64,000 nucleotides of DNA from an uncultured bacterium (lineage in GTDB: Bacteria > Zixibacteria > MSB-5A5 > JAABVY01 > JAHJOQ01), in the NCBI GenBank assembly GCA_965369655.1, contig CBDUQR010000009.1, forward strand, positions 1 to 64,000, in the 5' to 3' direction. How positions within the stretch are numbered: position 1 is the first letter of the stretch; each line of letters opens with the position of its first letter. A model generated the notes under the pieces. That model made no database searches, had not been told where the DNA came from, and saw only the letters and a list, made by a program, of their open reading frames with translations. A program made the translations under genes and the position numbers. Positions 36,948 to 48,100 of the stretch are shown one piece after another.

Positions 36948-38870
36948 ATGTCTAACAAGAATAACATTGTAATCGGCATAGACCTTGGGACGACTAACTC
37001 ATGCGTTGCGGTAATGGAAGGTGGCGATCCGGTCGTGATCCAGAACAGCGAAGGCGCTCGCACCACGCCCTCGGTGGTCGGATTCAGCAAGACCGGCGAA
37101 CGGCTTGTGGGGCAGATCGCCAAGCGGCAAGCTGTCACGAATCCCAGGAACACAGTATCCTCAGTCAAGCGATTCATGGGTCGCAAGTACAACGAGGTGA
37201 CCGAAGAGATCAAGAACTACCCATTCAAGGTCATCGAGGGGAAAAACGGCGCTGTCAGCATCTCGATTGAAGGAAAAGAATACGCGCCGCCCGAAATCTC
37301 CGCGATAGTGCTTCAGAAGATGAAGAAGACCGCTGAGGATTATCTCGGTCACAAGGTAACCGATGCGGTTATCACTGTGCCGGCTTATTTCAACGACTCG
37401 CAGCGTCAGGCGACGAAGGATGCCGGCAGGATTGCCGGTCTCGATGTCAAGCGGATCATCAACGAACCGACCGCTGCCTCGCTTGCATACGGTCTCAACA
37501 AGAAAAAAGAAGGCAGGATCGCGGTCTACGATCTCGGCGGTGGGACATTCGACATTTCGATCCTCGAAATCGGCGATGGCGTGATCGAGGTCCTCTCGAC
37601 CAACGGCGACACGCATCTCGGCGGCGATGATTTTGACAAGAGGATTATCGACTGGCTCGTTGACGAGTTCAGGAAAGAGCAGGGGATCGATCTGTCGAAA
37701 GATCCGATGGCTCTCCAGCGTCTGAAAGAAGCGGCGGAAAAAGCTAAGATGGAACTCTCAACGACGGTCGAGACAAACATCAACCTGCCGTTTGTCACAG
37801 CCGATCAGGGCGGACCGAAACATCTGAATCTGACGCTGACGCGTGCGAGATTCGAGCAGATGGTCGATGACCTTATCGACCGTGCGATCAAACCATGCGA
37901 AAGCGCGCTGAAAGACGCCGGAATCGCTGCGAGCGAAATCGGCGAGGTCGTGCTGGTTGGTGGCATGACTCGTATGCCGAAAGTGGTCGAGTCGGTGAAG
38001 AAGTTCTTCGGCAAGGAGCCGCACAAGGGTGTGAATCCTGATGAAGTTGTCGCTCTCGGCGCGGCGATCCAGGGCGGAGTGATGTCAGGTGACGTCAAAG
38101 ACATCCTGCTGCTCGATGTGACGCCGTTGTCGCTCGGAATCGAGACGCTCGGCAACGTCACTACCAGGTTGATCGAGCGCAACACGACTATCCCGACAAA
38201 GAAGTCGGAGATATTTTCGACCGCGGCTGACAATCAGACGACGGTAGAGGTTCATGTCCTTCAGGGTGAGCGCGAGATGGCTATCGATAACAAGACTATC
38301 GGACGTTTCCATCTTGATGGAATTCCACCTGCACCTCGCGGGATGCCGCAGATCGAGGTCACGTTTGATATCGATGCAAACGGGATTCTGAATGTCTCTG
38401 CGAAGGATCTCGCGACAGGTAAGGAACAGAAGATACGGATCGAGGCGTCGTCCGGAATGTCCGAGCAGGATATCGAGAAGATGGTCAATGACGCGAAAGT
38501 GAACGAAGCTGCGGACAAGAAGCGTCGTCAGGAAGTCGATACTCGAAACCGCGCTGATCAGCTTGTCTTCGAGACCGAGAAAAATCTCGAAAGCTATAAG
38601 GATCAGATCAATCCCGACACGAAAGCGAAGATCGAAGCTGCTGTCGGTCGTGTGAAGCAGGCACTCGAAGGTACGAACACATCAGAGATCGAATCTGCGG
38701 CAGAAGATCTGAAGCAGCAATGGCACGAGGCGTCATCACAGATGTATCAGCAGGCGAACGCCCAGTCGGTCGCCGATCCCGATCTTGAGGGACAGGCATC
38801 TCAGCCGGGCGGCGCAGCCGGTGGTGATGGCGAGACGGTCGATGCCGATTACGAAGTCGTCAACGATTGA
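36948..38870 (+). CDS. dnaK: Chaperone DnaK
   Basis: [25 protein letters not shown], terminal VDADYEVV. Confidence 0.98.
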   Translation: MSNKNNIVIGIDLGTTNSCVAVMEGGDPVVIQNSEGARTTPSVVGFSKTGERLVGQIAKRQAVTNPRNTVSSVKRFMGRKYNEVTEEIKNYPFKVIEGKNGAVSISIEGKEYAPPEISAIVLQKMKKTAEDYLGHKVTDAVITVPAYFNDSQRQATKDAGRIAGLDVKRIINEPTAASLAYGLNKKKEGRIAVYDLGGGTFDISILEIGDGVIEVLSTNGDTHLGGDDFDKRIIDWLVDEFRKEQGIDLSKDPMALQRLKEAAEKAKMELSTTVETNINLPFVTADQGGPKHLNLTLTRARFEQMVDDLIDRAIKPCESALKDAGIAASEIGEVVLVGGMTRMPKVVESVKKFFGKEPHKGVNPDEVVALGAAIQGGVMSGDVKDILLLDVTPLSLGIETLGNVTTRLIERNTTIPTKKSEIFSTAADNQTTVEVHVLQGEREMAIDNKTIGRFHLDGIPPAPRGMPQIEVTFDIDANGILNVSAKDLATGKEQKIRIEASSGMSEQDIEKMVNDAKVNEAADKKRRQEVDTRNRADQLVFETEKNLESYKDQINPDTKAKIEAAVGRVKQALEGTNTSEIESAAEDLKQQWHEASSQMYQQANAQSVADPDLEGQASQPGGAAGGDGETVDADYEVVND

Positions 38871-38892
38871 GTAAGATCAGTGGTGTAGTATT

Positions 38893-39151
38893 GGGATGTG
38901 TTGAAAAAAGGTAGTTGACATGGCGTATCGAGCTACTGTTGGAACTCGCTGTCATTGCGAGCGACCGTAGGGAGCGTGGCAATCTCATACTGTGCGCGGC
39001 AGACCTCCCGGTCTGCCCGTTCCGTTGTTTTTTGCGTTGGGGCAGACGAGGACGTCTGCCGCCCACAAGGAGCAGATCACCACGTCGCTATCGCTCCTCG
39101 TGATGACTACAACACAGGTCTGTGCCCGAAATGGATTTTTCAACATGCCCT
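38893..39151. mobile_element. MITE-like element (TGTTGAAAAA / TTTTTCAACA ends) containing nested REP doublets
   Basis: Imperfect terminal inverted repeats; outer REP pair 38951-39107 (GTCATTGCGAG..CTCGTGATGAC); inner doublet 38992-39066; exact ends uncertain. Confidence 0.6.
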
Positions 39152-39226
39152 TTGGATTCCGGTGCGCCCCGTTTGAAAATCAAGCAGCTTGACTCTGTGG
39201 CTTGAAGCGGTTACTTGGGAAATATC

Positions 39227-39529
39227 ATGGCTGAAGAGTTCATCGACTACTTCGAGATGCTCGGCGTCGGTCCGCAGGATGATCCGGACAGAATCGCCGG
39301 TCAATTTCGCAGGAAAGCGAAGGACCTGATACCGCTGGAGTCGACGTGCCATAACTGCAAGGGTATCGGCGCGATTGCGTCGTATATATGTGACGAATGC
39401 GACGGCGCGGGAGTGCTGAAGAAGACGAGCAGCATAAGACTGGAAGTCCCGGCAAGCGCACCGGATGGGACGTTGCTGACAAAGGAACTTGACGATCACA
39501 AGATCGTTATCAGGGTGACATACGAATAG
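39227..39529 (+). CDS. Miniature DnaJ-like protein (partial J domain without HPD, two CxxCxGxG)
   Basis: DYFEMLGV..FRRKAKDLIP, CHNCKGIG, CDECDGAG, IRLEVPASAPDG. Confidence 0.75.
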   Translation: MAEEFIDYFEMLGVGPQDDPDRIAGQFRRKAKDLIPLESTCHNCKGIGAIASYICDECDGAGVLKKTSSIRLEVPASAPDGTLLTKELDDHKIVIRVTYE

Positions 39530-39532
39530 ATC

Positions 39533-40660
39533 ATGCCGAACGATTACTACAAAATACTCGGAGTCGCCGAGAACGCTTCGGATGCAGAGTTGAAAAAGGT
39601 ATACAGGACTCTCGCTAAGAAGTACCATCCCGACCGCAATCAGGGCGACAAGAGTGCCGAGGCGAAGTTCAAGGAGATATCCGAAGCCTACGACGTTCTT
39701 TCCGACAAGCAGAAGCGCGCGCAGTACGATCAAATGCGCAAGTATGGCGCAGGCGGGTTCGGTGGATTCCGTCCCGGCGCGCAGACCGGCGGTTTCCAGG
39801 GATTCAACATGCCGGGCGGGATGAACTTCAGTTTCGAGGACCTCGGCGGATTCGGATCGATTGGCGACATTTTCTCATCGCTGTTTGGCGACAGGGTCAA
39901 CTTTGGACAACGACAGACTCGCAGGAGACAGTCGGGGCCGCGCAAAGGTAACGATCTTTCGATAAAGCTCGATATCGACTTCGCTGAGATGGCTGATGGA
40001 GTAACGAAGACAGTTCGTCTCAAGCGAGATACGAATTGTGAACGTTGCTCAGGATCAGGCGCGGAACCGGGTGTCGGCAAGACTGTCTGTCCGCAGTGCG
40101 GCGGTACGGGAATGATTTCGCAGGTGCAGGGCGCGTTCTCCGTGACACGGCCATGCCCAAGGTGTCTCGGAAGGGGCGAGATAGTCTCCCAGCCATGTAC
40201 AGCATGCGGCGGGACAGGCAGACAGAAGGTATCGCAGAAGGTCAGGATCAAAATCCCGGCAGGAATCGAGGTCGGCTCATCGCTGCGACTGCGCAATCTC
40301 GGGCAGCCCGGATCGCACGGCGGACCGAATGGTGATCTTATTGTGACAGTGCATGTCAAACCAGACCGTTTCTTTGAACGCGCTGGGAATGACATCGTCT
40401 GCAACATACCGCTTACACTCAAGCAGGCTGTCGACGGCACGAAGATCAAGGTGAGGACTGTCAGCGGGCATGCTCAGCTTACAATTCCGCCGCTGACGAA
40501 AAACGGTATGAAATTCAAACTTCGGGGACTCGGGATCGGCAAAGATGGATCGAAAGGCAACCAGTATGTTGTCGTTGAAGTCAGGCTGCCTGACAATCCA
40601 ACACCCGAAGAAAGAAAGTTGATCGACAGGCTGCAATCGACCGAGAACGTGCATTCGTAG
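39533..40660 (+). CDS. dnaJ: Chaperone DnaJ
   Basis: HPD motif, G/F-rich region, four CxxCxGxG repeats. Confidence 0.95.
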   Translation: MPNDYYKILGVAENASDAELKKVYRTLAKKYHPDRNQGDKSAEAKFKEISEAYDVLSDKQKRAQYDQMRKYGAGGFGGFRPGAQTGGFQGFNMPGGMNFSFEDLGGFGSIGDIFSSLFGDRVNFGQRQTRRRQSGPRKGNDLSIKLDIDFAEMADGVTKTVRLKRDTNCERCSGSGAEPGVGKTVCPQCGGTGMISQVQGAFSVTRPCPRCLGRGEIVSQPCTACGGTGRQKVSQKVRIKIPAGIEVGSSLRLRNLGQPGSHGGPNGDLIVTVHVKPDRFFERAGNDIVCNIPLTLKQAVDGTKIKVRTVSGHAQLTIPPLTKNGMKFKLRGLGIGKDGSKGNQYVVVEVRLPDNPTPEERKLIDRLQSTENVHS

Positions 40661-40720
40661 GTCAAACCCACTTGGGGTTTGACGCTTCAACTTCTCACGC
40701 CCCAAGCGGGCGTGAGCTAC
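40657..40720. repeat. REP-like GTAG..CTAC doublet overlapping the dnaJ stop codon
   Basis: GTAGGTCAAACCCACTTGGGGTTTGAC .. CTCACGCCCCAAGCGGGCGTGAGCTAC. Confidence 0.6.
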
Positions 40721-40848
40721 ACATCTATATAACTCCGTCGCCGCCAAGACCCGTCGAAACAACCTATAATCCGCTTTTTGGCTTGCGATGCCTATCGGGT
40801 TGAGCGATATTCTGAATAGAGCTATGATCCTGAAACGAAGGTGAGGCT

Positions 40849-41547
40849 ATGACAAATATCGAGACCCTGATCGACAGGCAAATAAGAAAATGGGAAGCCG
40901 AAAGAAAGGCAAGTGAAGAGCCTGACACACCTGCTCAGAAAGAAATCCTGCCAATCATCACTGTCTCCCGTCAGCGCGGTTCGAGCGGGAGTTATCTCGC
41001 GAGAAAACTGGCTGAGAAGCTTGGTTACGAGTACGTACATCGACAGGTGATCGATATTATCTGCCGTGACTCCGGGTTTAGGAGGCGCGTCATCGAGTCC
41101 CTCGACGGCAGGACGAAATCCCAGATCGAGCTGTGGATCGAGGGAATGCTGTACGAACAGTATGTTGATGCGTCGGACTATTTCAAGTACCTGTACCATA
41201 CGATAACGGCGCTGGCGCAGCATGGCGGCACTGTGCTTGTCGGGCGCGGAGGGAATTTTGTGCTGACGTTGCAGACCGGTTTCCATCTTCGCGTGATTGC
41301 GCATGAAAGGCGACGGGTCGAGCGGATTATAAAGTTTGCTAATGTGGACGAGAAGACCGCTATAGCTGCTGTCAAAGATTCTGATAGCGAGCGTGAAGAG
41401 TTCATCAGGAGCAATTTCAACAAAGATATAAACGATCCGAACTACTACGATCTTGTCATCAACACCGGTTTTATCGATATCGAAGATGCCCTGGTCGTAG
41501 CTGTCGAGGCGATCAATGCCAAGTTCAATTTGCTCAGGCAGGAATGA
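40849..41547 (+). CDS. Cytidylate kinase-like family protein
   Basis: IITVSRQRGSSG, VLVGRGG, DINDPNYYDLVINT. Confidence 0.85.
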   Translation: MTNIETLIDRQIRKWEAERKASEEPDTPAQKEILPIITVSRQRGSSGSYLARKLAEKLGYEYVHRQVIDIICRDSGFRRRVIESLDGRTKSQIELWIEGMLYEQYVDASDYFKYLYHTITALAQHGGTVLVGRGGNFVLTLQTGFHLRVIAHERRRVERIIKFANVDEKTAIAAVKDSDSEREEFIRSNFNKDINDPNYYDLVINTGFIDIEDALVVAVEAINAKFNLLRQE

Positions 41548-42794
41548 CGCAGGGTCGGCTGTTCGACGAAGAGCTATCTTATATGAAACCGCTTGATTCC
41601 CCCGTATTCACCGTATCACAGCTTACGCGCCGGATAAAGAACCTGCTCGAACCTGAGTTCACCGACGTCTGGGTGTCGGGCGAAATCTCGAATTATACAA
41701 AACACTCATCCGGACATCACTATTTCACGCTGAAAGACGGTAAGGCAGAGCTCTCCTGCACGCTCTGGCGTAGTACCGCTTCGACAATCAGGCTGAAACT
41801 GCAGAGTGGCATGAAAGCTGTGCTCTATGGAGATGTGAACGTCTACGAGTTGCGAGGACGTTATCAGCTCAATGTCAAGTGGATTGTCGAGGAGGGAGTC
41901 GGGCAGCTCGAACTGAAGCTCAGGGAGCTCAGAGAAAGACTCGATAGTGAGGGGTTGTTCGATGAGAGTCATAAGAAGGCGCTTCCCAGATTCCCTGCGA
42001 CTGTCGCACTTGTGACATCGCCAACAGGCGCGGCTGTCAGAGATATGATCAATATCATCAGGCGCAGATCGCCATCCTGCCGAATAATTCTCTGTCCGGT
42101 CGCCGTGCAGGGCCCCGGAGCGGAGCTTAAGATCGCAGAGGGGATTCGCATCGTCAACGAGCATGGACAAGCAGATGTGATGATCGTCGGACGGGGAGGG
42201 GGATCGATCGAGGATCTCTGGTCGTTCAATGAAGAAGTTGTCGCGCGGGCGATATTTGATTCGGAGATACCTGTCATCTCCGCGGTGGGACATCAGATAG
42301 ATTACACGATAGCCGATCTGGTCGCTGACCTTCGCGCGCCGACGCCATCGGCCGCTGCTGAGATCGCTCTGCCCGACCGCGGCGAGATGGAAGAGAAACT
42401 GACGGACCTGCGTACGAGGCTCGCCTCTGCCGCTGTGAGATTGATCGAGTCATCGAAGGCTCGGCTCAGCGCCGCAAGCGAAAGCTATATGCTGCGCAGG
42501 CCGGATGAGTTGCTCAGAACGCCCCGTCTGCGTCTTGATGAAATGCACTCGATAGTTGTCGAGTCGGTCAATCACATCGTGGAATCATGTCGATCAAGGT
42601 TGTCTATTCTGGATGAGAAATCGAAGGCTCTCTCTCCTCGTGCGGTGCTTGGCAGAGGATACGCCGTCTGCAGGCGACTGCCGGGAATGGATGTGGTTCG
42701 AGAATCAAGTGAGGTCAGCAAGGGTGAGAAGATCGAGGTCGAGCTGTCACGAGGAAGGATCACAGGTCAGGTCACCGCGACCCACGACCCGTAG
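41544..42794 (+). CDS. xseA: Exodeoxyribonuclease VII large subunit
   Basis: VWVSGEISN..SGHHYFTLKD, GRGGGSIEDLWSFN, APTPSAAAE. Confidence 0.95.
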   Translation: MTQGRLFDEELSYMKPLDSPVFTVSQLTRRIKNLLEPEFTDVWVSGEISNYTKHSSGHHYFTLKDGKAELSCTLWRSTASTIRLKLQSGMKAVLYGDVNVYELRGRYQLNVKWIVEEGVGQLELKLRELRERLDSEGLFDESHKKALPRFPATVALVTSPTGAAVRDMINIIRRRSPSCRIILCPVAVQGPGAELKIAEGIRIVNEHGQADVMIVGRGGGSIEDLWSFNEEVVARAIFDSEIPVISAVGHQIDYTIADLVADLRAPTPSAAAEIALPDRGEMEEKLTDLRTRLASAAVRLIESSKARLSAASESYMLRRPDELLRTPRLRLDEMHSIVVESVNHIVESCRSRLSILDEKSKALSPRAVLGRGYAVCRRLPGMDVVRESSEVSKGEKIEVELSRGRITGQVTATHDP

Positions 42795-42835
42795 ATTTCT
42801 GTTGATAATCAGCTTCGATCTCATTTCCTTCTGAC

Positions 42836-43096
42836 ATGAACATGACGAAAGGCAAAATGACAGATCAGGAGCCGTTTGAGGCTGTGCTTGCACGACTCGA
42901 ACAGAATGTGCAAACACTCGAATCCGGGGAGGTCGCGCTCGAAAGAGCTCTCGAACTCTTCGAGGAGGGAATCCGTCTCTCTCGTGAATTAAACTCGCGC
43001 CTCGCCGCAGCGGAGGAAAAAATCAAGGAACTCACGAGAGACTCCTCCGGTGATTTGAAGCTTAATGATTTCGAGGAAGCTGAGAATGACGAGTGA
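42836..43096 (+). CDS. xseB: Exodeoxyribonuclease VII small subunit
   Basis: FEAVLARLEQ.V..LESGEVALERALELFEEG; exact start uncertain. Confidence 0.9.
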   Translation: MNMTKGKMTDQEPFEAVLARLEQNVQTLESGEVALERALELFEEGIRLSRELNSRLAAAEEKIKELTRDSSGDLKLNDFEEAENDE

Positions 43097-43979
43097 GACG
43101 TCGCTCAAAACGATGGAGACCTGCAGGGTCGAACTCGAATCGCTGAAGAGCCTTGTCGACGATTACCTTCTGCGCGTGATTCCGGACGACCCTGATATTC
43201 CTGAGTCCCTTCGCTCTGCCATGATGTACAGTCTCAACGCGGGCGGCAAACGTCTCCGTCCTGTTCTTGCACTGCTTGCCTACAAGTCGTTTGGGAAGAA
43301 ACCAGCGGATATTATCGCACCGGTATGCGCGCTCGAATTGATTCACACGTATTCGTTGATACATGATGATCTTCCCTGCATGGATGACGACGATTTCAGG
43401 CGTGGTAAGCCGACCCTGCATAAAAAGTACAGCGAGGCTATCGCAGTGCTGGCAGGTGATGCGCTCCACGCACTCGCATTCGAGTTGCTTGCGACCGCGG
43501 ACAATCATGTGGTCGTGCACGAGGTTGCGAAGGCGATCGGTATCACGGGCATGCTTGCCGGACAGGTGGCAGACGTCGAGGCTGAAGGCACCGATGTGAG
43601 CCGTGAGCGAATCGAGTATATCCATCGCAGGAAAACAGGCGCGCTCATTGCAGTCGCGGCGAGACTGGGCGCGATACTCGCTGGAGCCGATGACCGGCAA
43701 CTGGAGATGTTCTCCGTCTATGGATCGAGAATCGGCCTCGCCTTCCAGATTATCGACGATGTTCTTGATATCACCGGCTCACAGGAGAAACTTGGTAAAG
43801 ACATCGGTTCGGACGAGCGTAATGAGAAGGCGACATACCCACGCGCTGTGGGACTCGATGAATCGAGATCGATTGCTCGGTCCCTGATCGAAGAGGCAAA
43901 GTCAGGGATCGTCGGAATTGGCAGGAGCAGCGAGGTTCTTATCTACCTTGCTGACTATATTATAACCAGGGATCAGTGA
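43086..43979 (+). CDS. ispA: Polyprenyl (farnesyl/geranylgeranyl) diphosphate synthase
   Basis: GGKRLRP, LIHDDLPCMDDDDFRRG, FQIIDDVLD. Confidence 0.92.
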   Translation: MTSETSLKTMETCRVELESLKSLVDDYLLRVIPDDPDIPESLRSAMMYSLNAGGKRLRPVLALLAYKSFGKKPADIIAPVCALELIHTYSLIHDDLPCMDDDDFRRGKPTLHKKYSEAIAVLAGDALHALAFELLATADNHVVVHEVAKAIGITGMLAGQVADVEAEGTDVSRERIEYIHRRKTGALIAVAARLGAILAGADDRQLEMFSVYGSRIGLAFQIIDDVLDITGSQEKLGKDIGSDERNEKATYPRAVGLDESRSIARSLIEEAKSGIVGIGRSSEVLIYLADYIITRDQ

Positions 43980-44010
43980 ATGCCTATGCTATCGGTATTT
44001 GTGGCTCCCC

Positions 44011-44065
44011 GTGCTCGTCGGGGCTATACTCCGACGTTTCGCAGGAGCATAGTTCCTGCGCGCAC
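44011..44065. repeat. REP-like doublet
   Basis: GTGCTCGTCGGGGCTATACTCCGACG, similar to the reverse complement of 22242-22267. Confidence 0.6.
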
Positions 44066-44106
44066 AGAATTCTGATCCGATTTGAGTTGGTGAAAGCTGT
44101 TGTGCC

Positions 44107-44994
44107 ATGAAGAATCTGGGAGTAGTAGCGAATCTTCAGAGGGCCGGAACCGAGGAGATCATCAGACGCATCATCGACTGGTGCGAGCAGAATGATGTCT
44201 CTCTCTTTCTGTGCAATGAGTTGACAGACCTGAACAGGCGTTCCGGATCGGTCGTGTCTGAAGCCGATCTGCCGTCCAAAAGCGATGTGATCATTTCAAT
44301 CGGGGGAGACGGAACTCTTCTGGCTACGGCTCGTCTCATTGGAAAATCGTGTGTGCCGATTTTAGGAATCAACGCCGGTAGTCTGGGGTTTCTCACGGTC
44401 CAGAGGCCTGATGACCTCGAGGATGCTCTCGAGAGAATCCGTCGGTCTGAGTATGACATAGAGAATCGAATGATGCTTGAAGCTCGCGTGCTCGGCGATG
44501 ACCAGCACGATAGTATATTTGCCTTAAACGATGTCGTGGTTGGTCGAAGCGACGTCAGGATGATCAAACTGGCGCTCTATTCTGACGACATCTACACCTG
44601 CTCCTATGCCGCCGACGGACTGATAATCGCTACTCCGACAGGCTCGACGGCATATTCCCTCGCCGTTGGGGGGCCGATATTGAATCCGAGGATGGACGCG
44701 ATGATCGCGTCGCCGATTGCCCCGCATTCGCTGGCGTCGCGGCCTCTTATCTTCAGTTCAGACGAGAAACTAACTCTCGAAATCGCGTCCGACACCGATC
44801 TGGCGATGATGACGGTCGATGGCCAGGTCTCGATCAGCCTCAAGAGGGGCGACAGGATCGGCGTGAAAAAGGCCGATCGCCACGTCAGTCTCATTCGCTT
44901 TGAAGAGAATTCGTTCTACGGGATCCTTCAGTCCAAGCTTCACTGGGGCGTTCTTCCCGTCGGGGAATCTCCACAGGACGAATCCCCTGATTGA
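44107..44994 (+). CDS. nadK: NAD kinase
   Basis: GGDGT, GINAGSLGFL, ALNDVV, ADGLIIATPTGSTAYSL. Confidence 0.95.
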   Translation: MKNLGVVANLQRAGTEEIIRRIIDWCEQNDVSLFLCNELTDLNRRSGSVVSEADLPSKSDVIISIGGDGTLLATARLIGKSCVPILGINAGSLGFLTVQRPDDLEDALERIRRSEYDIENRMMLEARVLGDDQHDSIFALNDVVVGRSDVRMIKLALYSDDIYTCSYAADGLIIATPTGSTAYSLAVGGPILNPRMDAMIASPIAPHSLASRPLIFSSDEKLTLEIASDTDLAMMTVDGQVSISLKRGDRIGVKKADRHVSLIRFEENSFYGILQSKLHWGVLPVGESPQDESPD

Positions 44995-45135
44995 ACAAAG
45001 CCCCACTGAGTCCGTTTATGAAGTAGGGTTCGCAACAGTCGCTCGCTGCCGCACAATTTGTATTGACATATCCGAGCGCTGCGCTTACTTACTGGCAGTA
45101 CCCCACCGCCTCCATAGTGTTGCACACGGGGGATT

Positions 45136-48100
45136 ATGATGAAAAAGAGCATTTCCACAGCAGTGGCCGCCATGATGTTGGTGGCTTTAGCTTTTCTCAA
45201 TGCCACAGCCTTCGGGACGAGTCGTATCATAGTCAAGCTGGCGACCGGTGCGAACGCGGCAACGTCTGCCGGCTATGCGGCTACTGTCGACAGTCTTCAA
45301 AGTGCGGGGAAAGTCGGCCTTGAGAGTTCTCTCTTCGCAGAGAAAGCGCAGGCGGCAAGTCTGTCTTCGTCAGTTGGTGGGGAGTCATTTCCATTTGATA
45401 AGTACCGTATCCTCATGGTTGAAGACGATGTCCAACTGGATGATGTGCTCGCGGTTCTGAACGCAGATCGAGATATCGAGTATGCAGAGCCGGATTATCC
45501 GATCGAGCTTTTCGACATTCCTGACGACCCGCACCTCACGAACCAGTGGGGAGTGAGGAACATGGGACAGCCATATCTTGGAATCGACCGCATTGATGGT
45601 TTCTACAATGACGTTCTGATGCTGAAGCAGGGTGTAATTGGCGCCGACATTCACCTCTCGCCGACCTGGGGTGGCGAGTATTTCCCCGGTTCACCGTTGC
45701 TTTGTATCATAGATACCGGCCTCGATACGGATCATCCCGACATTGCCGACAACCTCTGGGCGAATCCGGGGGAGATTCCTGACAACGGAATCGACGATGA
45801 TCACAATGGCTACATCGATGACGTCCTCGGCTGGGATTTCTCTGGCGACACGAGTTATCTCGGCATAGACATGCCAGAAGACAACGATGTGGGTGATTCC
45901 GTTGGGCATGGTACGCATGTTGCAGGGATTATTGGCGCGACACCCGATAACGGAATCGGCATTGTCGGCGTTTGCGGCAACGCGCGGGTGGTTGGGCTGA
46001 AGATATTTCCGAATGCCCTGATGAGTGTAGCTGCAAAGGCTATTTTCTACGCTACTGAAATTGGCGCTGATGTAATAAACATGAGTTGGGGGAGTCCTTT
46101 TCGGTCGGAGCTGCTCCTCGAAGTGATAAGCTATGCTCGATCTCGCGGAGTGCTGCCAGTGGCTGCCTCCGGTAATTTCGGAGATGAAACTATGCTGTTT
46201 CCCGCATCCTATGATGGTGTGCTGACTGTCGGTGCGAGCAATTCTCTCGACGAAGTGACGTTTTTTTCGTCGTACGGCGACTGGGTTGAACTCGTTGCGC
46301 CGGGGCGAGACATCCTGTCTCTGCGGGCATCCGGTACGGATATGTATGTCGACCTCGGAGAACCGTACATCAGGATAATTGACAATTTCTACTACCTCGC
46401 CGACGGCACCAGCATGGCCGCGCCCCATGTCGCAGGCGCAGCCGGTGTTGTGCTCTCATACTCTCCCGGGCTCTCTCCCGATCAGTTGCAGGACATACTC
46501 ATCGAGAGCGCGGATGATATCATTCATCCTTATGGCGACGCCGATTCGACATTCATCGGATGGGATCGTTATTCGGGATACGGCAGGCTGAATGTCGAAG
46601 CGGCAGTATTGTTGCTTGACGGCGCCAAAGCGAAAATACTCTCGCCTTATCAGAGTGAGATTATCACAGATGACATGGATGTGTCCGGCACGGCATACTC
46701 TGAGTCTGCCGAGAGTTACTCACTCGAAATCAGCAAATCAGATGATCTCGTGGTCTGGGAGGAGATAGCATCGGGTCCAGCCAACATTTCATCGGGCTGG
46801 CTCGGCACTCTCCAGGTAAGCGGCAAGACCGGAGACTATACGCTGAGACTCACAGTCGGTGACGACATAACTGTGTTTGCGAGAGTGACTCTTGCGCCCG
46901 AACAGCGTTTTGAGATTAGTTCGCCACAGGACGGTGAGACTGTAGCATTGTTCCTGACAGTCCGCGGCTCTGTGATAGATCCGGATTTTGACTCGTATGA
47001 TGTCCTCATGAAGTCCGACGAATCGGGTACAGAGTGGGAAGAGGTATATTCATCCACGAGACTCGTGTCTGATTCGGTGCTGTGTGAACTGCAGCTTGGC
47101 CCGTTTCGTCCCGGGGATTACACTCTCAGAGTAGTTATGCACACAACCGGCGACGACTTCTACAACGATGTCAATCTCACTATCCAAGACAGGCTGATCG
47201 GCAATTTCCCTCAGGCCGCACCTTTGGATGGCGCCGTGCATTTCGCTTCGACTGTCAGCGACATCGACGGTGACAACAATCCTGAGATCATCGTTACATC
47301 GAGGAAGGGCGTCAGCGTGTTTAGATCGGATGGTACACCGTTCTGCTGCGGCTGGCCCAATCAGTTCGGCGTCAATTGTCTGGGTGCTCCAGCAGTGTAC
47401 GACGTGAACCAGGACGGCATAGATGAAATCGCTTTTTGCAGTGAATTGGGATTCAATCTGTTTGATGCATACGGCGCGCGAGTCGATAGTTTTCCGAAGT
47501 TGAAACCTACCGGCTTGATGAACGGCTTCTATCCGACCACACTGCTCGCTGACATCGATCTCGATAGCAACTATGAGATGGTGTGGATCGCTGAGGACGG
47601 CAATGTCTACGCTTATCGGTCCAACGGCGAGTCATACTTTGCAAGTCTTCACGGGTGGTTTGCTGATACTCACGCCGGGTATTATTTCGCTGCGTTGCTA
47701 CCATTCCTGTTCTGTGTCGACTTTGGGAACGACGGTCAACTCGAGATCGTCGGCGGTTACAGTTCATTCAGACATGGTGGAATCTATGTGTGGCAGGCTG
47801 CCAATGGTCAACCCCTGCCTGGCAATAATAAATCCCTGATTACCAACGATCTCGGTAAGTTGCGAGGTGGATGTGTGGCCGATTTCAATCTTGACGGTGA
47901 GTATGAGATAGCCGTGGTAGGAAGAACCAGAGTCAACGATACTGTGTTCGCGGCTATTTTGGATGTGCACGGTGAGTTTCTTCCCGGCTGGCCGAGGATC
48001 ATCAGCGATAGATTGAACTACGTCGTGAGTTATCCGGCTGCTGCGGACGTCGATGGCGACGGGTATCCTGATCTGCTGTTTACAATATCATCGCTGTGGG

